IMG/VR virus record: IMGVR_UViG_3300019876_000002
Coordinates: 1-44,604 of that record
DNA: 44,604 nucleotides
Origin: a virus
Taxonomy: Duplodnaviria > Caudoviricetes
Reading direction: 5' to 3' (one strand)
A program made the position numbers and the translations under genes. A model generated the notes under the pieces. That model worked only from the letters and a program-made list of their open reading frames with translations, was not told where the DNA came from and made no database searches. The stretch's first letter is position 1, and every line of letters begins with the position of its first letter. This document shows, one piece after another, positions 27,353-37,523 of this stretch.

Positions 27353-28069
27353 TTATTGAAAAGAGCGGCGTTTATATGAGGCGCGAAAAGGTCTATGTCT
27401 AACAATAATTCGCTGTCTACCTTTAGTTCCAATTCCTAATGAACGGTCTAAAGCTAATCCAGCGTCATTATCAAGCGCGACTGCTCTAGTTTCATTTTCT
27501 TCAACGAACTGAGCACATAGTGAAGCAGTTCGGTAATTTAAAAATGATTGTGTATTAGTAATTAAAATGTCATCTTCACCTTCGTCATCAGTCAAGGCGA
27601 CAAATAAACTCTTAATATAATCTAATTTCAAATCAATATCAATATTAGCGGGAAGAAATCTAATTTCCTGACTTTGCCACGTATAACATAAAATCTGACT
27701 AATTTCAGTTCCAGATATGTAACGTGGAAGAAAATCTACCCTAACTACAGGAGTATAGGGGTCAATTCCGGCAGTTCTTTGCCAAACAATCTTAGGTTCA
27801 ATTAAATCATCTGGTAAATAAGGAGTATTGGGTATAATTGGGTCTGGAGCATAACCAACTGCAACAATTCCCGCAGGAACTTCAATTAAAGTAGATACAG
27901 TATCAGTTACAGGGATATTATTAAGTTCAAATATCTCCTGTAACTCTCCCATTGCGATATTGAGATATGGCAGTTGAACTGCATAAGTATATCTAGACTT
28001 AGCAGAATCATTCAGTAATGAAGCCGCTGCATTCATTACATCGCCGGAAGTAAATACTGGCACTGCCAT
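27353..28069 (-). CDS. Head-tail adaptor (P22 gp4 / T7 gp11-like)
   Basis: LLND...YLNIA..EL, LPDDL, L.Y and FLNYRTA helical bundle pattern. Confidence 0.7.
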   Translation of the reverse strand: MAVPVFTSGDVMNAAASLLNDSAKSRYTYAVQLPYLNIAMGELQEIFELNNIPVTDTVSTLIEVPAGIVAVGYAPDPIIPNTPYLPDDLIEPKIVWQRTAGIDPYTPVVRVDFLPRYISGTEISQILCYTWQSQEIRFLPANIDIDLKLDYIKSLFVALTDDEGEDDILITNTQSFLNYRTASLCAQFVEENETRAVALDNDAGLALDRSLGIGTKGRQRIIVRHRPFRASYKRRSFQ

Positions 28070-28076
28070 CTCCTGA

Positions 28077-28760
28077 CTAAGACGCGAATGTAATTCCGAG
28101 TTTCTTTGCTAATTCAGGGTCTGAAATAGCCTTACACTGTGCGCAAACGGGGAATTCAGGATTTTTGAGAGAACCACAAGCTTTACATCTAATCTGTTCG
28201 TAAACTTGATGTTCTTTCATCCAATCAACATTCATATCACCCATTTCGCGCGCCGCCAAACGCATATCATCGCTGATAGTCAATGGATTACCATTGCTAG
28301 CTGCCCACAATGATTTGCCCAAATTGATTAATGCGCGATACCAAGCATCTTGCTTAACCTTGGCTTTTTCTAAATCTTTTTTATAATCATTAAATAATTT
28401 AACTCTAGAAACTTCACCAGGAAGCCAAAATAGTCCGGGCATTAAAGTTGACATATCACACGATAATAATCCATTACAGAAATCATTAACAATAGATGTA
28501 GCAACTTGCATAGATGAATTAGGAATCTCTAATAGTGGCTGTTCCTCGTCAATTTCTCTCCACCATGAAGAAGAACCAACAATTAATAGAGCAGGACTCT
28601 CATAAGAACCAGGAGGAATAATAAATCTTCCAGGTTGAATAGTTGGCTTCTTTTCATCAATTTCTTTTGGATAAATTGATACAACTGTGCATTTATCCAT
28701 CGGATTTCGTGGAGCCGGAACAGTTCTACGTCGTCTTTGTGCCAATGTTAGAATAGACAT
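28077..28760 (-). CDS. Hypothetical late protein with C-terminal zinc ribbon
   Basis: CKAC...CAQC. Confidence 0.7.
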   Translation of the reverse strand: MSILTLAQRRRRTVPAPRNPMDKCTVVSIYPKEIDEKKPTIQPGRFIIPPGSYESPALLIVGSSSWWREIDEEQPLLEIPNSSMQVATSIVNDFCNGLLSCDMSTLMPGLFWLPGEVSRVKLFNDYKKDLEKAKVKQDAWYRALINLGKSLWAASNGNPLTISDDMRLAAREMGDMNVDWMKEHQVYEQIRCKACGSLKNPEFPVCAQCKAISDPELAKKLGITFAS

Positions 28761-28766
28761 ATGCCC

Positions 28767-29324
28767 TCAGGGAACTATTATCGAGTTTCCACTCGCATTA
28801 TGGGTAGTTCCTTTTAACCCAGATTCATCACCAAAAAGTATTTCTTCATATTCTTTAATTCGTTTTTCTTTATCAGCAGCTTCAGATTCCATCGTAATAG
28901 TGTCTTTATATTTGGCTAAGTTATGATTTTCATTCATAGCCGCGTAAATTGTATCTATAACAAACTTGCAGGCTTCAAATTTCGGAGGTAATGCATTTCC
29001 ATTCTTATCTTCAAATGGAAAGATAGGCTCATACGATAATTTGCTAGCCGCCGGTAATTCTGGTAAATTCGCGACCGGAATAACGACTAATCGTTCCAAA
29101 ACATATTTCTCTGGAATCCATTGCCGATATTTAGGGACATAACGAACTTCTCTAACTGAGCGTAGAAAATTTCCGCTCTTGTCATAGTCGTCGTAGTCAC
29201 CAAGTCTATGTTCAAATTGGTCTTCACTCCACACCACCCGCCAAATAGCCTGACCATCATCATGATTACCGAAATGTTCTAAAAGTAACTTATTAATGCG
29301 TTCAATCGGTTCTGGTAATTCCAT
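28767..29324 (-). CDS. Hypothetical late protein
   Basis: AAAGGA RBS; located in the head-tail region. Confidence 0.7.
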   Translation of the reverse strand: MELPEPIERINKLLLEHFGNHDDGQAIWRVVWSEDQFEHRLGDYDDYDKSGNFLRSVREVRYVPKYRQWIPEKYVLERLVVIPVANLPELPAASKLSYEPIFPFEDKNGNALPPKFEACKFVIDTIYAAMNENHNLAKYKDTITMESEAADKEKRIKEYEEILFGDESGLKGTTHNASGNSIIVP

Positions 29325-29341
29325 ATAATCCTTTAATCAGT

Positions 29342-29387
29342 ATTGGGAGTGGGCCAGCCTTCCCAAGGGTCAACCCACCCCCACATA
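29342..29387 (-). terminator. GC-rich stem-loop after the capsid/decoration genes
   Basis: GGG.GTGGGTTGACC / GGCTGGCCCAC.CCC arms on the mRNA; no strong U tract. Confidence 0.5.
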
Positions 29388-29392
29388 CCTAC

Positions 29393-29713
29393 TTACACGA
29401 CTGTATTAACCCAATACTTCGCAGTAGATGGGTCATAATGAAGAATAATTGGCCTATTTTGGATAGGCGTATATGCAGTTTTGATATTACCAGTTGTTAC
29501 AAATGCACCAGGATTCGCGTCCGTGAAACACAAGATAACTTGATGATATCCAGGTTCAGGAGGCGTAATAGTTGCAAGTTGTACAGTTCCGGTAAGGAAA
29601 GTTAAAATATGAACAGGGGCAACCGTAGCAGCCGAAGCAATCGTATTAGGCAGACGATTCTTTTCTGACTGTGGGAAACCCATATTATATCGATTCAATT
29701 CCGATGCGGCCAT
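29393..29713 (-). CDS. Probable capsid decoration/cement protein
   Basis: Small beta-rich protein directly after the MCP and before the terminator. Confidence 0.55.
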   Translation of the reverse strand: MAASELNRYNMGFPQSEKNRLPNTIASAATVAPVHILTFLTGTVQLATITPPEPGYHQVILCFTDANPGAFVTTGNIKTAYTPIQNRPIILHYDPSTAKYWVNTVV

Positions 29714-29717
29714 GTTA

Positions 29718-30962
29718 CTAATACCCCGCTGGAATTGCGAGTGGTTCGATATATGCCGTAGCGGCAGGATTATTTACGAATGTTTGCATACCATTCACCA
29801 TGTAGAAGATGTCGCTAGTTGCAACACCACCAGACGATGAACGAATTTCAAAGATTCGACGACCATCTGTCATATAGAAACCAATCGGAAGAATTTCCGC
29901 TCGGCCCCACACTTCATCAGATACGAAGTCGATACGCTTCTTATTCCAATTATAAGACTCGCGCACATCTGCGCCAGCCATTTGCATTTTATCAAAATAC
30001 ATATCCAGACCTTCTTGCTTGTTTTGCTTCTGGATAAAGATTACTGCCTGACCAATATTCTCATACGCCTGCTTTTGCGCAGGATGCATCCACGCGGTAG
30101 GTTTGAAATTGTTATCAATACCCACGCGATTACCAATCTTGTTAATAGCCAAACGGGGCAACGGTAACGACAATGCTGAGTTGTTACCATTAACACGATT
30201 AGAACGGATTTCCGGTGTAGTTGCACGGTTAAATCCTAACCAAGTTCCAGTGGAAGCGTTGGAATGATGGTAAGGAACACCGTATAAAGCAGGTAATGAG
30301 TTAGGAGAAGTAATACCATCAGTAACTAGAACGTCTGTAGCGATTGCGCCCGCGACAGCCGGAGTTACTTCGATAATACCGTTCTCAGTATCCCATAATG
30401 TAATTTCGCCCTTACCACGTAGTGTAGTAAGAGTTGCATCGAATACCTGAACTGTCTGACCATAACGCACCAGACGTGCGCCAAAGTCATTAGCCAGTGT
30501 ATAAGTATCGACACCGCCTGAAGTAGCAACGGCATCAATAGTTCCGATTTGACCAGTTCCAGGCTGCATTAACTGTGCGTCAATCTGACGACGCAATTCA
30601 TCTAATGCACTAGCCGTTAATCGACGAACAGCATTCGTAATAGCCTTACGGTCATTATCAGTTGACCATTGAGTTAATTTTGTATACTCAATGTTTTCTG
30701 AAACGAATACGGCTGATACGACAGCCTTATCCCAAGTAGGCCCACCACCTCGCCCTAAATCTCCACCATTAGGGTCGAAATACTGGAAACTTCCACCAGG
30801 CCGAAGCTCTAATGGAACGCGCATTTGACGGGATGAAATAACTTCTACTGGACGCTTCTTAATGAAAGCGTAGAATTTATCATCACGTTCAAAAAGAACG
30901 CGAATCTTGGGAATCACTCTTTCCAGCTCTAGTGCTGTAACTTGTGATTCAACAACAGCCAT
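29718..30962 (-). CDS. Major capsid protein (HK97 fold)
   Basis: 414 aa after the scaffold; backbone helix (DELRRQIDAQL), GVPY, MHPAQ, terminal NNPAATAYI; GAGGA RBS. Confidence 0.85.
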   Translation of the reverse strand: MAVVESQVTALELERVIPKIRVLFERDDKFYAFIKKRPVEVISSRQMRVPLELRPGGSFQYFDPNGGDLGRGGGPTWDKAVVSAVFVSENIEYTKLTQWSTDNDRKAITNAVRRLTASALDELRRQIDAQLMQPGTGQIGTIDAVATSGGVDTYTLANDFGARLVRYGQTVQVFDATLTTLRGKGEITLWDTENGIIEVTPAVAGAIATDVLVTDGITSPNSLPALYGVPYHHSNASTGTWLGFNRATTPEIRSNRVNGNNSALSLPLPRLAINKIGNRVGIDNNFKPTAWMHPAQKQAYENIGQAVIFIQKQNKQEGLDMYFDKMQMAGADVRESYNWNKKRIDFVSDEVWGRAEILPIGFYMTDGRRIFEIRSSSGGVATSDIFYMVNGMQTFVNNPAATAYIEPLAIPAGY

Positions 30963-32300
30963 TTAATCCTCTGAATTGAGGAAATCAAGTGTAGACATTC
31001 CTTTCGGAATTTCACCAGGCTTATTAGTGATTTTACGACCGCCTGTGGTTGGAGGGGCGGTTCTCCTCTTGCCTGAATTAGTGTCTGTATCTTCAGTATC
31101 ATCCTTAGATTCTACTACTCGTTTACCTAATCCCTTCAAAGCCTCGATTCGGGCCTTTTTAATGACTGAAGGCAACAGTGTTTGGGCTTTTGAAAGATAT
31201 GCTTCTTTGATAGCTGTGATAGAAGGTTTGGAATAATTAGCTTTAATAGCCGCTTCCCAAAGCTTATCCACTACTTTTTGAAATCTGCTATCATTGGAAA
31301 TTAAATTAGTTAATTCTTCAGTGGCCTCTCGTGTCGCGTGTTTACGGACGTAAGGGGTCATAGATTCTTTAGGGTCAATTCCAGACGTAATTGTATTCTG
31401 GAAAATAGTATTGACACGTCCATCTAACATAGACTTAGTGTCATTAAATCTTTCTTGCCGAAATTCATCACGTTCGCGTTTAAGCTTAGTATCCTCTGAA
31501 TTAACTTCTTCCTGTTTTCCATCATATAACTTAGATGGTGGAGTAAATTCAGATGAACCGAAAGCATATTGATTAAGAAGGGCGGCCGCATCTAACAACT
31601 TATCATTGCTAGAACGTCGCGCTTCTGCAACCATTCCCTGAATAGTATGTTTCACAACATTACCCAGGACATGCAGATAAGCATCCTTATCAATTTTCGC
31701 GAGTGTAGGCAGATATTCATCAACTGCCTTATTAAACATTTTTGGTGCTTCAGAACGCATAGCTTGAAGCATACGTTCCGTATTTCCTTGCATTAAATCA
31801 GCTTCAAATGCATCAAGAGTTTCAGCTTTCTGAACAGCCTCTTTCGCATCATCAATAGTTCCTAATAATTCCGTGAATTTTTGTTCACGATAGTATGCAG
31901 TTTCAAGATAAGGAAATTTCTTGAATAAATCAGGAAATACTTTTAATATCTCTTTTCTACGGACAGGAGTAACTAATTCCAGCTTTTCATCAGACGGTTC
32001 TAATTCCTCTTCTAATTCATCTTCTAATGTTGTTTCTTCTTCTTCATCCTTAGTTTCATCATCTTCTTCATCATCTTTCTTAGTTTTTTCTTTAATAGGA
32101 ATTACTTCTTTATCTTTCTTATCTTTAATATCCTTATCTGATTTATCGTCTTTATCAGCCTTATCTGTATTGATTGGAATAGTCTCATCTTCATCATCTG
32201 TAAGGAATTTAATAGTATCATCCTTACTCATATGTGTTGATGGACCCCCACCAGCAGGAGCAATAGTCTCAGGAGCCAAATTATTGAATAGTTTGAACAT
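30963..32300 (-). CDS. Scaffolding protein
   Basis: Highly charged, acidic N-terminus and coiled coils; between portal and MCP. Confidence 0.7.
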   Translation of the reverse strand: MFKLFNNLAPETIAPAGGGPSTHMSKDDTIKFLTDDEDETIPINTDKADKDDKSDKDIKDKKDKEVIPIKEKTKKDDEEDDETKDEEEETTLEDELEEELEPSDEKLELVTPVRRKEILKVFPDLFKKFPYLETAYYREQKFTELLGTIDDAKEAVQKAETLDAFEADLMQGNTERMLQAMRSEAPKMFNKAVDEYLPTLAKIDKDAYLHVLGNVVKHTIQGMVAEARRSSNDKLLDAAALLNQYAFGSSEFTPPSKLYDGKQEEVNSEDTKLKRERDEFRQERFNDTKSMLDGRVNTIFQNTITSGIDPKESMTPYVRKHATREATEELTNLISNDSRFQKVVDKLWEAAIKANYSKPSITAIKEAYLSKAQTLLPSVIKKARIEALKGLGKRVVESKDDTEDTDTNSGKRRTAPPTTGGRKITNKPGEIPKGMSTLDFLNSED

Positions 32301-34617
32301 CTCTTTCCTCAGTTATGGGTGCCTGTTTAGTTTTGGGTTTATTGGGCTTTTTTCCAGGAGCAGCACCTTTTTGTTCCTGTTCAGCCATTTGTTGCTGTTG
32401 TTGTTGCATCTGTAATTGCATTAGATGCAATTTACCATGTAAAATAACGTTGTCATAACCAGCTTGATTTTCAGTTTTAGTTTGTCGGCCGGCCTCACTA
32501 ATAATCCACTTACGACAAATTTCAAACTCAACTTGATGGTTATCGTATTCAGCGTTAATTTCTACAGATGGTAATAGTGGCATCTGGGGGTCGCCGGATG
32601 GAATAGGTTGACTAGTTAACAGTAATTTAATTTCATCATACTGTTTGATAATATCATCTTCACCTGGAACATACAAATCTGTCAGACCTAAGTAGTCATG
32701 AATAATTGCACGATTTTCAGGTGCATTCAAAATTTCTAAAACTTGAGGATTAGAAGCCTGCATGAGATTCATCAACACGTCACGTTGCTGTGACCATGAC
32801 ATTGGAATATTCTCATTAGCTTCTAATTCAACTTTACCAATTTTTCCTTCAACTTCGGCTTTACGAATAAAAACGTTAACGAAGTTACCATCATCAGTTT
32901 GTTGAACATCCTTTTCATCATCTTGCATTTCCTTGATGAACATAGGAACAACTTTACTGAAGATTTGTTTCCACCATCCTGTTAACATCTTCCAATTATT
33001 CTGAAGTCTCTGTAATGCTTGCGCGCGAGACATCGAATATTCTGATGCAGTTTCACCAGCACCTTGAACAGCACCCCCGAATAATGATGGTAATGCACCA
33101 GATGCTAATTGTGCGAGTGATTGAACCTGCTGACCGAATGGCATTACTTCCGCACTCAAAGTAGCAGTTTTCACTTCGTAAAATGCATCACCAATTCGTT
33201 TTCCACTTAATGGTTTAGTGGGAAAAATTCCTCCAGGTGTAACTTCTGTCTGCTGATATGCATTAAAATCAAGGACGGCCGGGTCAGCAAATGTCTGACC
33301 AATTCCATGTTCAATAGTTTGAATAGTTAATGAAAGTAAATCATTAGTAATTTCTTGAATTGAAACTAATAAAGTCCCGAGTGGGTCAAAGTGGACAAAA
33401 TCAGACATAGCATTATAGCTAATAGTCCACCTGTCATCAAGGCTTTCGTTACAGGCTTCTGCAAACGTATCATTGATATAAGTGACATGAACGCCATTTG
33501 GATATAACTTATTTAATCGGTCACGGTCGGCTCCATCTTGTAAGAAATTGAATGCACATGGTCTTAACCAATATTTATTGACAGTAACCACGTTAATGGG
33601 ATATTCCCCCATATATTGTGGAGATAATCTAGCCCACTGGTCATATTGGTCAAATGAACCAGCATTATTTTCACCAGATGTAATTTTCTTTCTTAATTCT
33701 TTCGCAGGTTTACCTTTAAGATGCTCATATTTCTGAGCAACGATAGTATAATTAGATTCTTCAGAGAATTTTAAATAAGGGCAATCTTTCTGTGTTCGCG
33801 CGTAGTTAGGAATCTTAACATTCAATCCACCATAAACTTCAAGGCAAATTCTGGATTTAACTTCAGTAGACTGACCTGTTAATCGAGTTACAATAACTTT
33901 ATGTTGTGTAATTTCCGGGTCGACGAGTGCCATACATGCAGGGCACAAATCAATACCTTCATTTACAATATCATTAATTGCAACTTCATCAGGTCCAGGA
34001 GCATATTCACTCTTAATTTGATTTTCTAATTTCTTAGCTTCTTCTACAGTCTTTTCATCAAATTGAAATCCACAATTCGGACATGAAGTAATTTGATGTT
34101 CTTCTTCAGTCTCACTATATTGGTCTACTTTATAAGTGCCATAACTCTCATCCTTCTTTGGATAAGAATAACAGGCCATCATTCCTTCAGTAACGAAAAT
34201 AAATAATGCATGTAACCAAAGTAATGGAACATCATTATGTCTATAGACTAACTGACCAATCTTATCTCCAGCTTTAGCAGTTGCCAAATCTAAGGGATTA
34301 TCAGCATCGTCTGGATAACATTTAATTGGAGGAATTGAAACTGAAAGAGCCGCGATAATCGACTCTAAGTATGCGCGAAAGACATTGACAGGCTTATCAT
34401 AATATGATTGGTCAGAATTTTCATCATCTTCGAGAGCATCCCATACTCTCCAATCATGAGCAACTTCTGAATACCATACTTGTGAGAAACCCTCCCACAA
34501 TAATTTAAGCTTACGCCAATTTCTTACTTGACGTTCGCGTATAGATACATCCTCTTGGTCACAACAATCTGTAACCGCTTTTAATAATTGCTGAACTGCT
34601 TCGGAAGGGACTTTCAT
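32281..34617 (-). CDS. Portal protein with zinc-finger insertion
   Basis: 778 aa after TerL; PVN..RAY..SII, G.PS..GG...TA, Gln-rich tail; CPNC...CPAC insert. Confidence 0.85.
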   Translation of the reverse strand: MKVPSEAVQQLLKAVTDCCDQEDVSIRERQVRNWRKLKLLWEGFSQVWYSEVAHDWRVWDALEDDENSDQSYYDKPVNVFRAYLESIIAALSVSIPPIKCYPDDADNPLDLATAKAGDKIGQLVYRHNDVPLLWLHALFIFVTEGMMACYSYPKKDESYGTYKVDQYSETEEEHQITSCPNCGFQFDEKTVEEAKKLENQIKSEYAPGPDEVAINDIVNEGIDLCPACMALVDPEITQHKVIVTRLTGQSTEVKSRICLEVYGGLNVKIPNYARTQKDCPYLKFSEESNYTIVAQKYEHLKGKPAKELRKKITSGENNAGSFDQYDQWARLSPQYMGEYPINVVTVNKYWLRPCAFNFLQDGADRDRLNKLYPNGVHVTYINDTFAEACNESLDDRWTISYNAMSDFVHFDPLGTLLVSIQEITNDLLSLTIQTIEHGIGQTFADPAVLDFNAYQQTEVTPGGIFPTKPLSGKRIGDAFYEVKTATLSAEVMPFGQQVQSLAQLASGALPSLFGGAVQGAGETASEYSMSRAQALQRLQNNWKMLTGWWKQIFSKVVPMFIKEMQDDEKDVQQTDDGNFVNVFIRKAEVEGKIGKVELEANENIPMSWSQQRDVLMNLMQASNPQVLEILNAPENRAIIHDYLGLTDLYVPGEDDIIKQYDEIKLLLTSQPIPSGDPQMPLLPSVEINAEYDNHQVEFEICRKWIISEAGRQTKTENQAGYDNVILHGKLHLMQLQMQQQQQQMAEQEQKGAAPGKKPNKPKTKQAPITEERDVQTIQ

Positions 34618-34790
34618 TTAAATCCAAGCTTTTTCTTTAAGGATTCCGACGGACCTGTGTCAATATCCTTTTTCTTCTTTTTATCAGGAGTCTTCGGATT
34701 CTTAGAATCCTTAAGATTAACCTTTTTAAATTTTGACGAGCCAACTTTATTATTCACTGCTTGCTTTTTGAACGCTTCCGTCAGCATCAT
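34614..34790 (-). CDS. Small Lys-rich protein (58 aa, not in ORF track)
   Basis: TAGGAG RBS; MMLTEAFKKQ...KKKLGFK; ATGA overlap with the portal. Confidence 0.6.
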   Translation of the reverse strand: MMLTEAFKKQAVNNKVGSSKFKKVNLKDSKNPKTPDKKKKKDIDTGPSESLKKKLGFK

Positions 34791-35214
34791 CAACTCCTAA
34801 TTCACGTTCAATCGATTCTACAGTTACTGGACCACTGACGGGCGTAGGAATTTTAACAGCTTCTTGCTGTTCCTGTAATTTATCCCGAAGTATTTTTGCG
34901 GTATGTCTATCATTAGCTTCTAAAAATTCACGCTTAACTCGAAACGATTGATGACGTGGTAATAATGGCTTAAATTCTTCTGGTCTATTAATTGGAACTT
35001 CTGTCGGCTTCGGCTTAACCATTTCTAACAGTTCACGATTCAATTGATGCGCGACTGCTAATTCTAATTTTAATGTTTCACAGGCTTGACATACATTTGA
35101 TTCTTTAATTTCTTCAGATTCTAATTCACGTAATCTAAGCTGATGTTCTCGTTCTTTTTGACGTTCATTAGAACGATGAATTAGATAATCATTTAACCAA
35201 GTAAAAATATTCAT
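34750..35214 (-). CDS. Coiled-coil protein with CxxC
   Basis: ATGA start MNIFTWLN preferred over the track start; CQAC. Confidence 0.65.
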   Translation of the reverse strand: MNIFTWLNDYLIHRSNERQKEREHQLRLRELESEEIKESNVCQACETLKLELAVAHQLNRELLEMVKPKPTEVPINRPEEFKPLLPRHQSFRVKREFLEANDRHTAKILRDKLQEQQEAVKIPTPVSGPVTVESIERELGVDDADGSVQKASSE

Positions 35215-35657
35215 TGTACTATAAATCCAGCAGCTATTCCAATTCCACAACCTGATAGAACATCCCACCAATAATGTTTATGTGCTTTAACGCGACCAAA
35301 CATTGTTAGGAATGCAACAGGGAATTCAACTGCGAATTTCTTACCGTCTCTAACATTAACCGAAACGCAGGATAATGCAGAATGTTCCGATGGCCATGAC
35401 ATATCGTCACTGAGGTCCGGCCGTGTTTCATGAATAATTCTTTTGAGAAGTTCTGATGTGCCAATAGTAATCGAAGTTCTAATAGCTTGATTTTTGAGAG
35501 CATTGGTCCTGTCCTCTGACTGTAATGAATTAATTGTATCTAATGTTAAGTTAGCCGCGACCGATATATAACTAATTGTATCAATTAATTTATGGTCGTC
35601 TGTTTGTCCATATACAGTAGACGGAATTAATAATACAATAACTAATAGAAATTTCAT
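35211..35657 (-). CDS. PAP2-family phosphatase with signal peptide
   Basis: C1 KRIIHETRP, C2 PSEH, C3 GRVKAHKHYWWD; N-terminus MKFLLVIVLLIPSTVYG-Q. Confidence 0.85.
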   Translation of the reverse strand: MKFLLVIVLLIPSTVYGQTDDHKLIDTISYISVAANLTLDTINSLQSEDRTNALKNQAIRTSITIGTSELLKRIIHETRPDLSDDMSWPSEHSALSCVSVNVRDGKKFAVEFPVAFLTMFGRVKAHKHYWWDVLSGCGIGIAAGFIVQ

Positions 35658-37357
35658 CGTCGCCTATGACTAAAACGTTGAATCATTTTAACTGAACTAT
35701 TTGATTCGGCCGCGCGCATGTTACGATAATAAGCTGTGAAATCATTAGTCTGATTCAGTCTAACTAAAATTTCAGCTTGTTTCTGAACTTTCGTAAATTC
35801 ATCAACAGCTTCAACGAAATATTTTTCAGCTTCATCTACTGCGTATCTAATATCATCGTAAGGGTCATCACCATCAAATTCAGCGACGTCCTCAACAGCT
35901 TTACCATCCTTACCTTTTTTATCGTAATTACAAGCTTTAATTGAATCAATCATTGTAGGACAACAGTTAGGATGTCCGTCATGATTGTCAGCATCACAAC
36001 AAAAAATTTGTAACTTAGGTAGATTATCCTCAGGTTCTGGTGGGTCGAATAATCTCAAGTAAGCTTTGTATTCTTCTAATCCTTTATTCCTCAATAACCA
36101 TGAGGCTCTTTCTTCTGAGTAAATAGGAACCTCAGAAGGAGGAACTATTGGCTTAGGTTTAAATCTAAGATATTCATGTAACAGCATTTTACCAGCGATA
36201 CGTGAACCAGATGAATTCTGAGTTAATTCAATAGGTATCCCGATAGCGTCCGATATTTGCTGTTGAATTGTATGTTCTTGACCACGTTCTTGTTTGGCAG
36301 ATTGACAGAATTTAATCTTACGTGGATTTTCTTTATCTGCAAAGTATTTGATTTCTGGCGCCCATTCCTCAATTTTAGTCTTGGTCCAATAGATTTCACG
36401 GTATAAGTATAGGCGCTTACTCGGCGATACAGCATAGAATCCAATATAAGTCATTGCAGCAAAACCCCAATCGCCTATTACAAACTTAGGCCACCAGGAT
36501 GGAATCTCAAAAGGTTGAACAACATGCAAGGCATTCTCGGGTTCATCAGGATATTTCTTATCCCGGAACTCATCGAAAACTTGTCCTAAGTATGCTGACC
36601 AATCTCCAAATTTTTTAGCTTTACGTTCGGCTTCAGGTCTACCATCTAATGATTGTGAGTAAGATGGGTCAATGTGTTCTTTATTATCTTCTAAGGTAGC
36701 GTGAATATAAATACGTTTATTTCCGCCCTTACCGATAATAATCTTGCCGCCTTCAGGACAGGGGTCTACGAATCTTTTCTTAACAAATGTATGACCAATG
36801 CCACCAGGCATACCAGCGGCGCGAGTGATAGAAGGTAATCCAGAATCCTTAGGAGCACGATTACGTTCTTGAGTAATATATAAATAAATGTATTCGGTCG
36901 CGTTCGTTAATTCGTCTGGGGTAAAGAGTGATATTTCCATCGAATCGTAGTTATGAACATCTTTCTCTTCTTCACAATATCCTAGGAAGATTTGAGCACC
37001 ATCATTAGCTAAACCACGACCACCATATTGGTCAAGTCTAGGAAAAGTCCAAATCATATCAGTGCCATTATACGTAGCACCGAATTGAGTATAAATCTCT
37101 CGCGCTCGACCTACAATTTCTTTCTTTAAATCAGGGCGCGTCCGACGCATGAATACTTGTTTGAATCTAGGATTTTCATGCCATCGATGAACAATACCAT
37201 AAACTAATAATACGTCAGATTTACCACTTCCCGCGCCCCCACCGTAGAATCCTTCTTTAACAGATAGAGGAATAGCTAGAAACTTCTCCTGTTTACGGTT
37301 AGGTTTCCATACTCTTTCGAGTAATTTCTCTACGGGAGGACCTTCACTTATTAGCAT
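35654..37357 (-). CDS. terL: Terminase large subunit
   Basis: Q motif, Walker A GGGAGSGKS, Walker B FTPDELT, PGG.GH, nuclease DWGF and DDPYDDIRY. Confidence 0.95.
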   Translation of the reverse strand: MLISEGPPVEKLLERVWKPNRKQEKFLAIPLSVKEGFYGGGAGSGKSDVLLVYGIVHRWHENPRFKQVFMRRTRPDLKKEIVGRAREIYTQFGATYNGTDMIWTFPRLDQYGGRGLANDGAQIFLGYCEEEKDVHNYDSMEISLFTPDELTNATEYIYLYITQERNRAPKDSGLPSITRAAGMPGGIGHTFVKKRFVDPCPEGGKIIIGKGGNKRIYIHATLEDNKEHIDPSYSQSLDGRPEAERKAKKFGDWSAYLGQVFDEFRDKKYPDEPENALHVVQPFEIPSWWPKFVIGDWGFAAMTYIGFYAVSPSKRLYLYREIYWTKTKIEEWAPEIKYFADKENPRKIKFCQSAKQERGQEHTIQQQISDAIGIPIELTQNSSGSRIAGKMLLHEYLRFKPKPIVPPSEVPIYSEERASWLLRNKGLEEYKAYLRLFDPPEPEDNLPKLQIFCCDADNHDGHPNCCPTMIDSIKACNYDKKGKDGKAVEDVAEFDGDDPYDDIRYAVDEAEKYFVEAVDEFTKVQKQAEILVRLNQTNDFTAYYRNMRAAESNSSVKMIQRFSHRRR

Positions 37358-37523
37358 TTTGCTGTGATTGAATTATTGCTTGCTGTCGAGCTAAATGTAA
37401 GAATGTCCAATCATCCATCATATCTTTAATAGTTGGACTAATAAATATTTGATATAATACCATTACAACAATTGCAACAAGTGATGGTAGAATCCATCTA
37501 CTAATAGTTAATTTACTGAACAT
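37344..37523 (-). CDS. Single-TM small protein (59 aa, not in ORF track)
   Basis: MFSKLTISRWILPSLVAIVVMVLYQIFISP...; fills the gap between neighbours. Confidence 0.55.
   Translation of the reverse strand: MFSKLTISRWILPSLVAIVVMVLYQIFISPTIKDMMDDWTFLHLARQQAIIQSQQNANK

Noticed and set aside
31921-32415. 164-aa Ser-rich + strand ORF and the other antisense or nested ORFs in the track
   Set aside because: Shadow frames of real genes (here the acidic scaffold), with no RBS and no coherent protein features.
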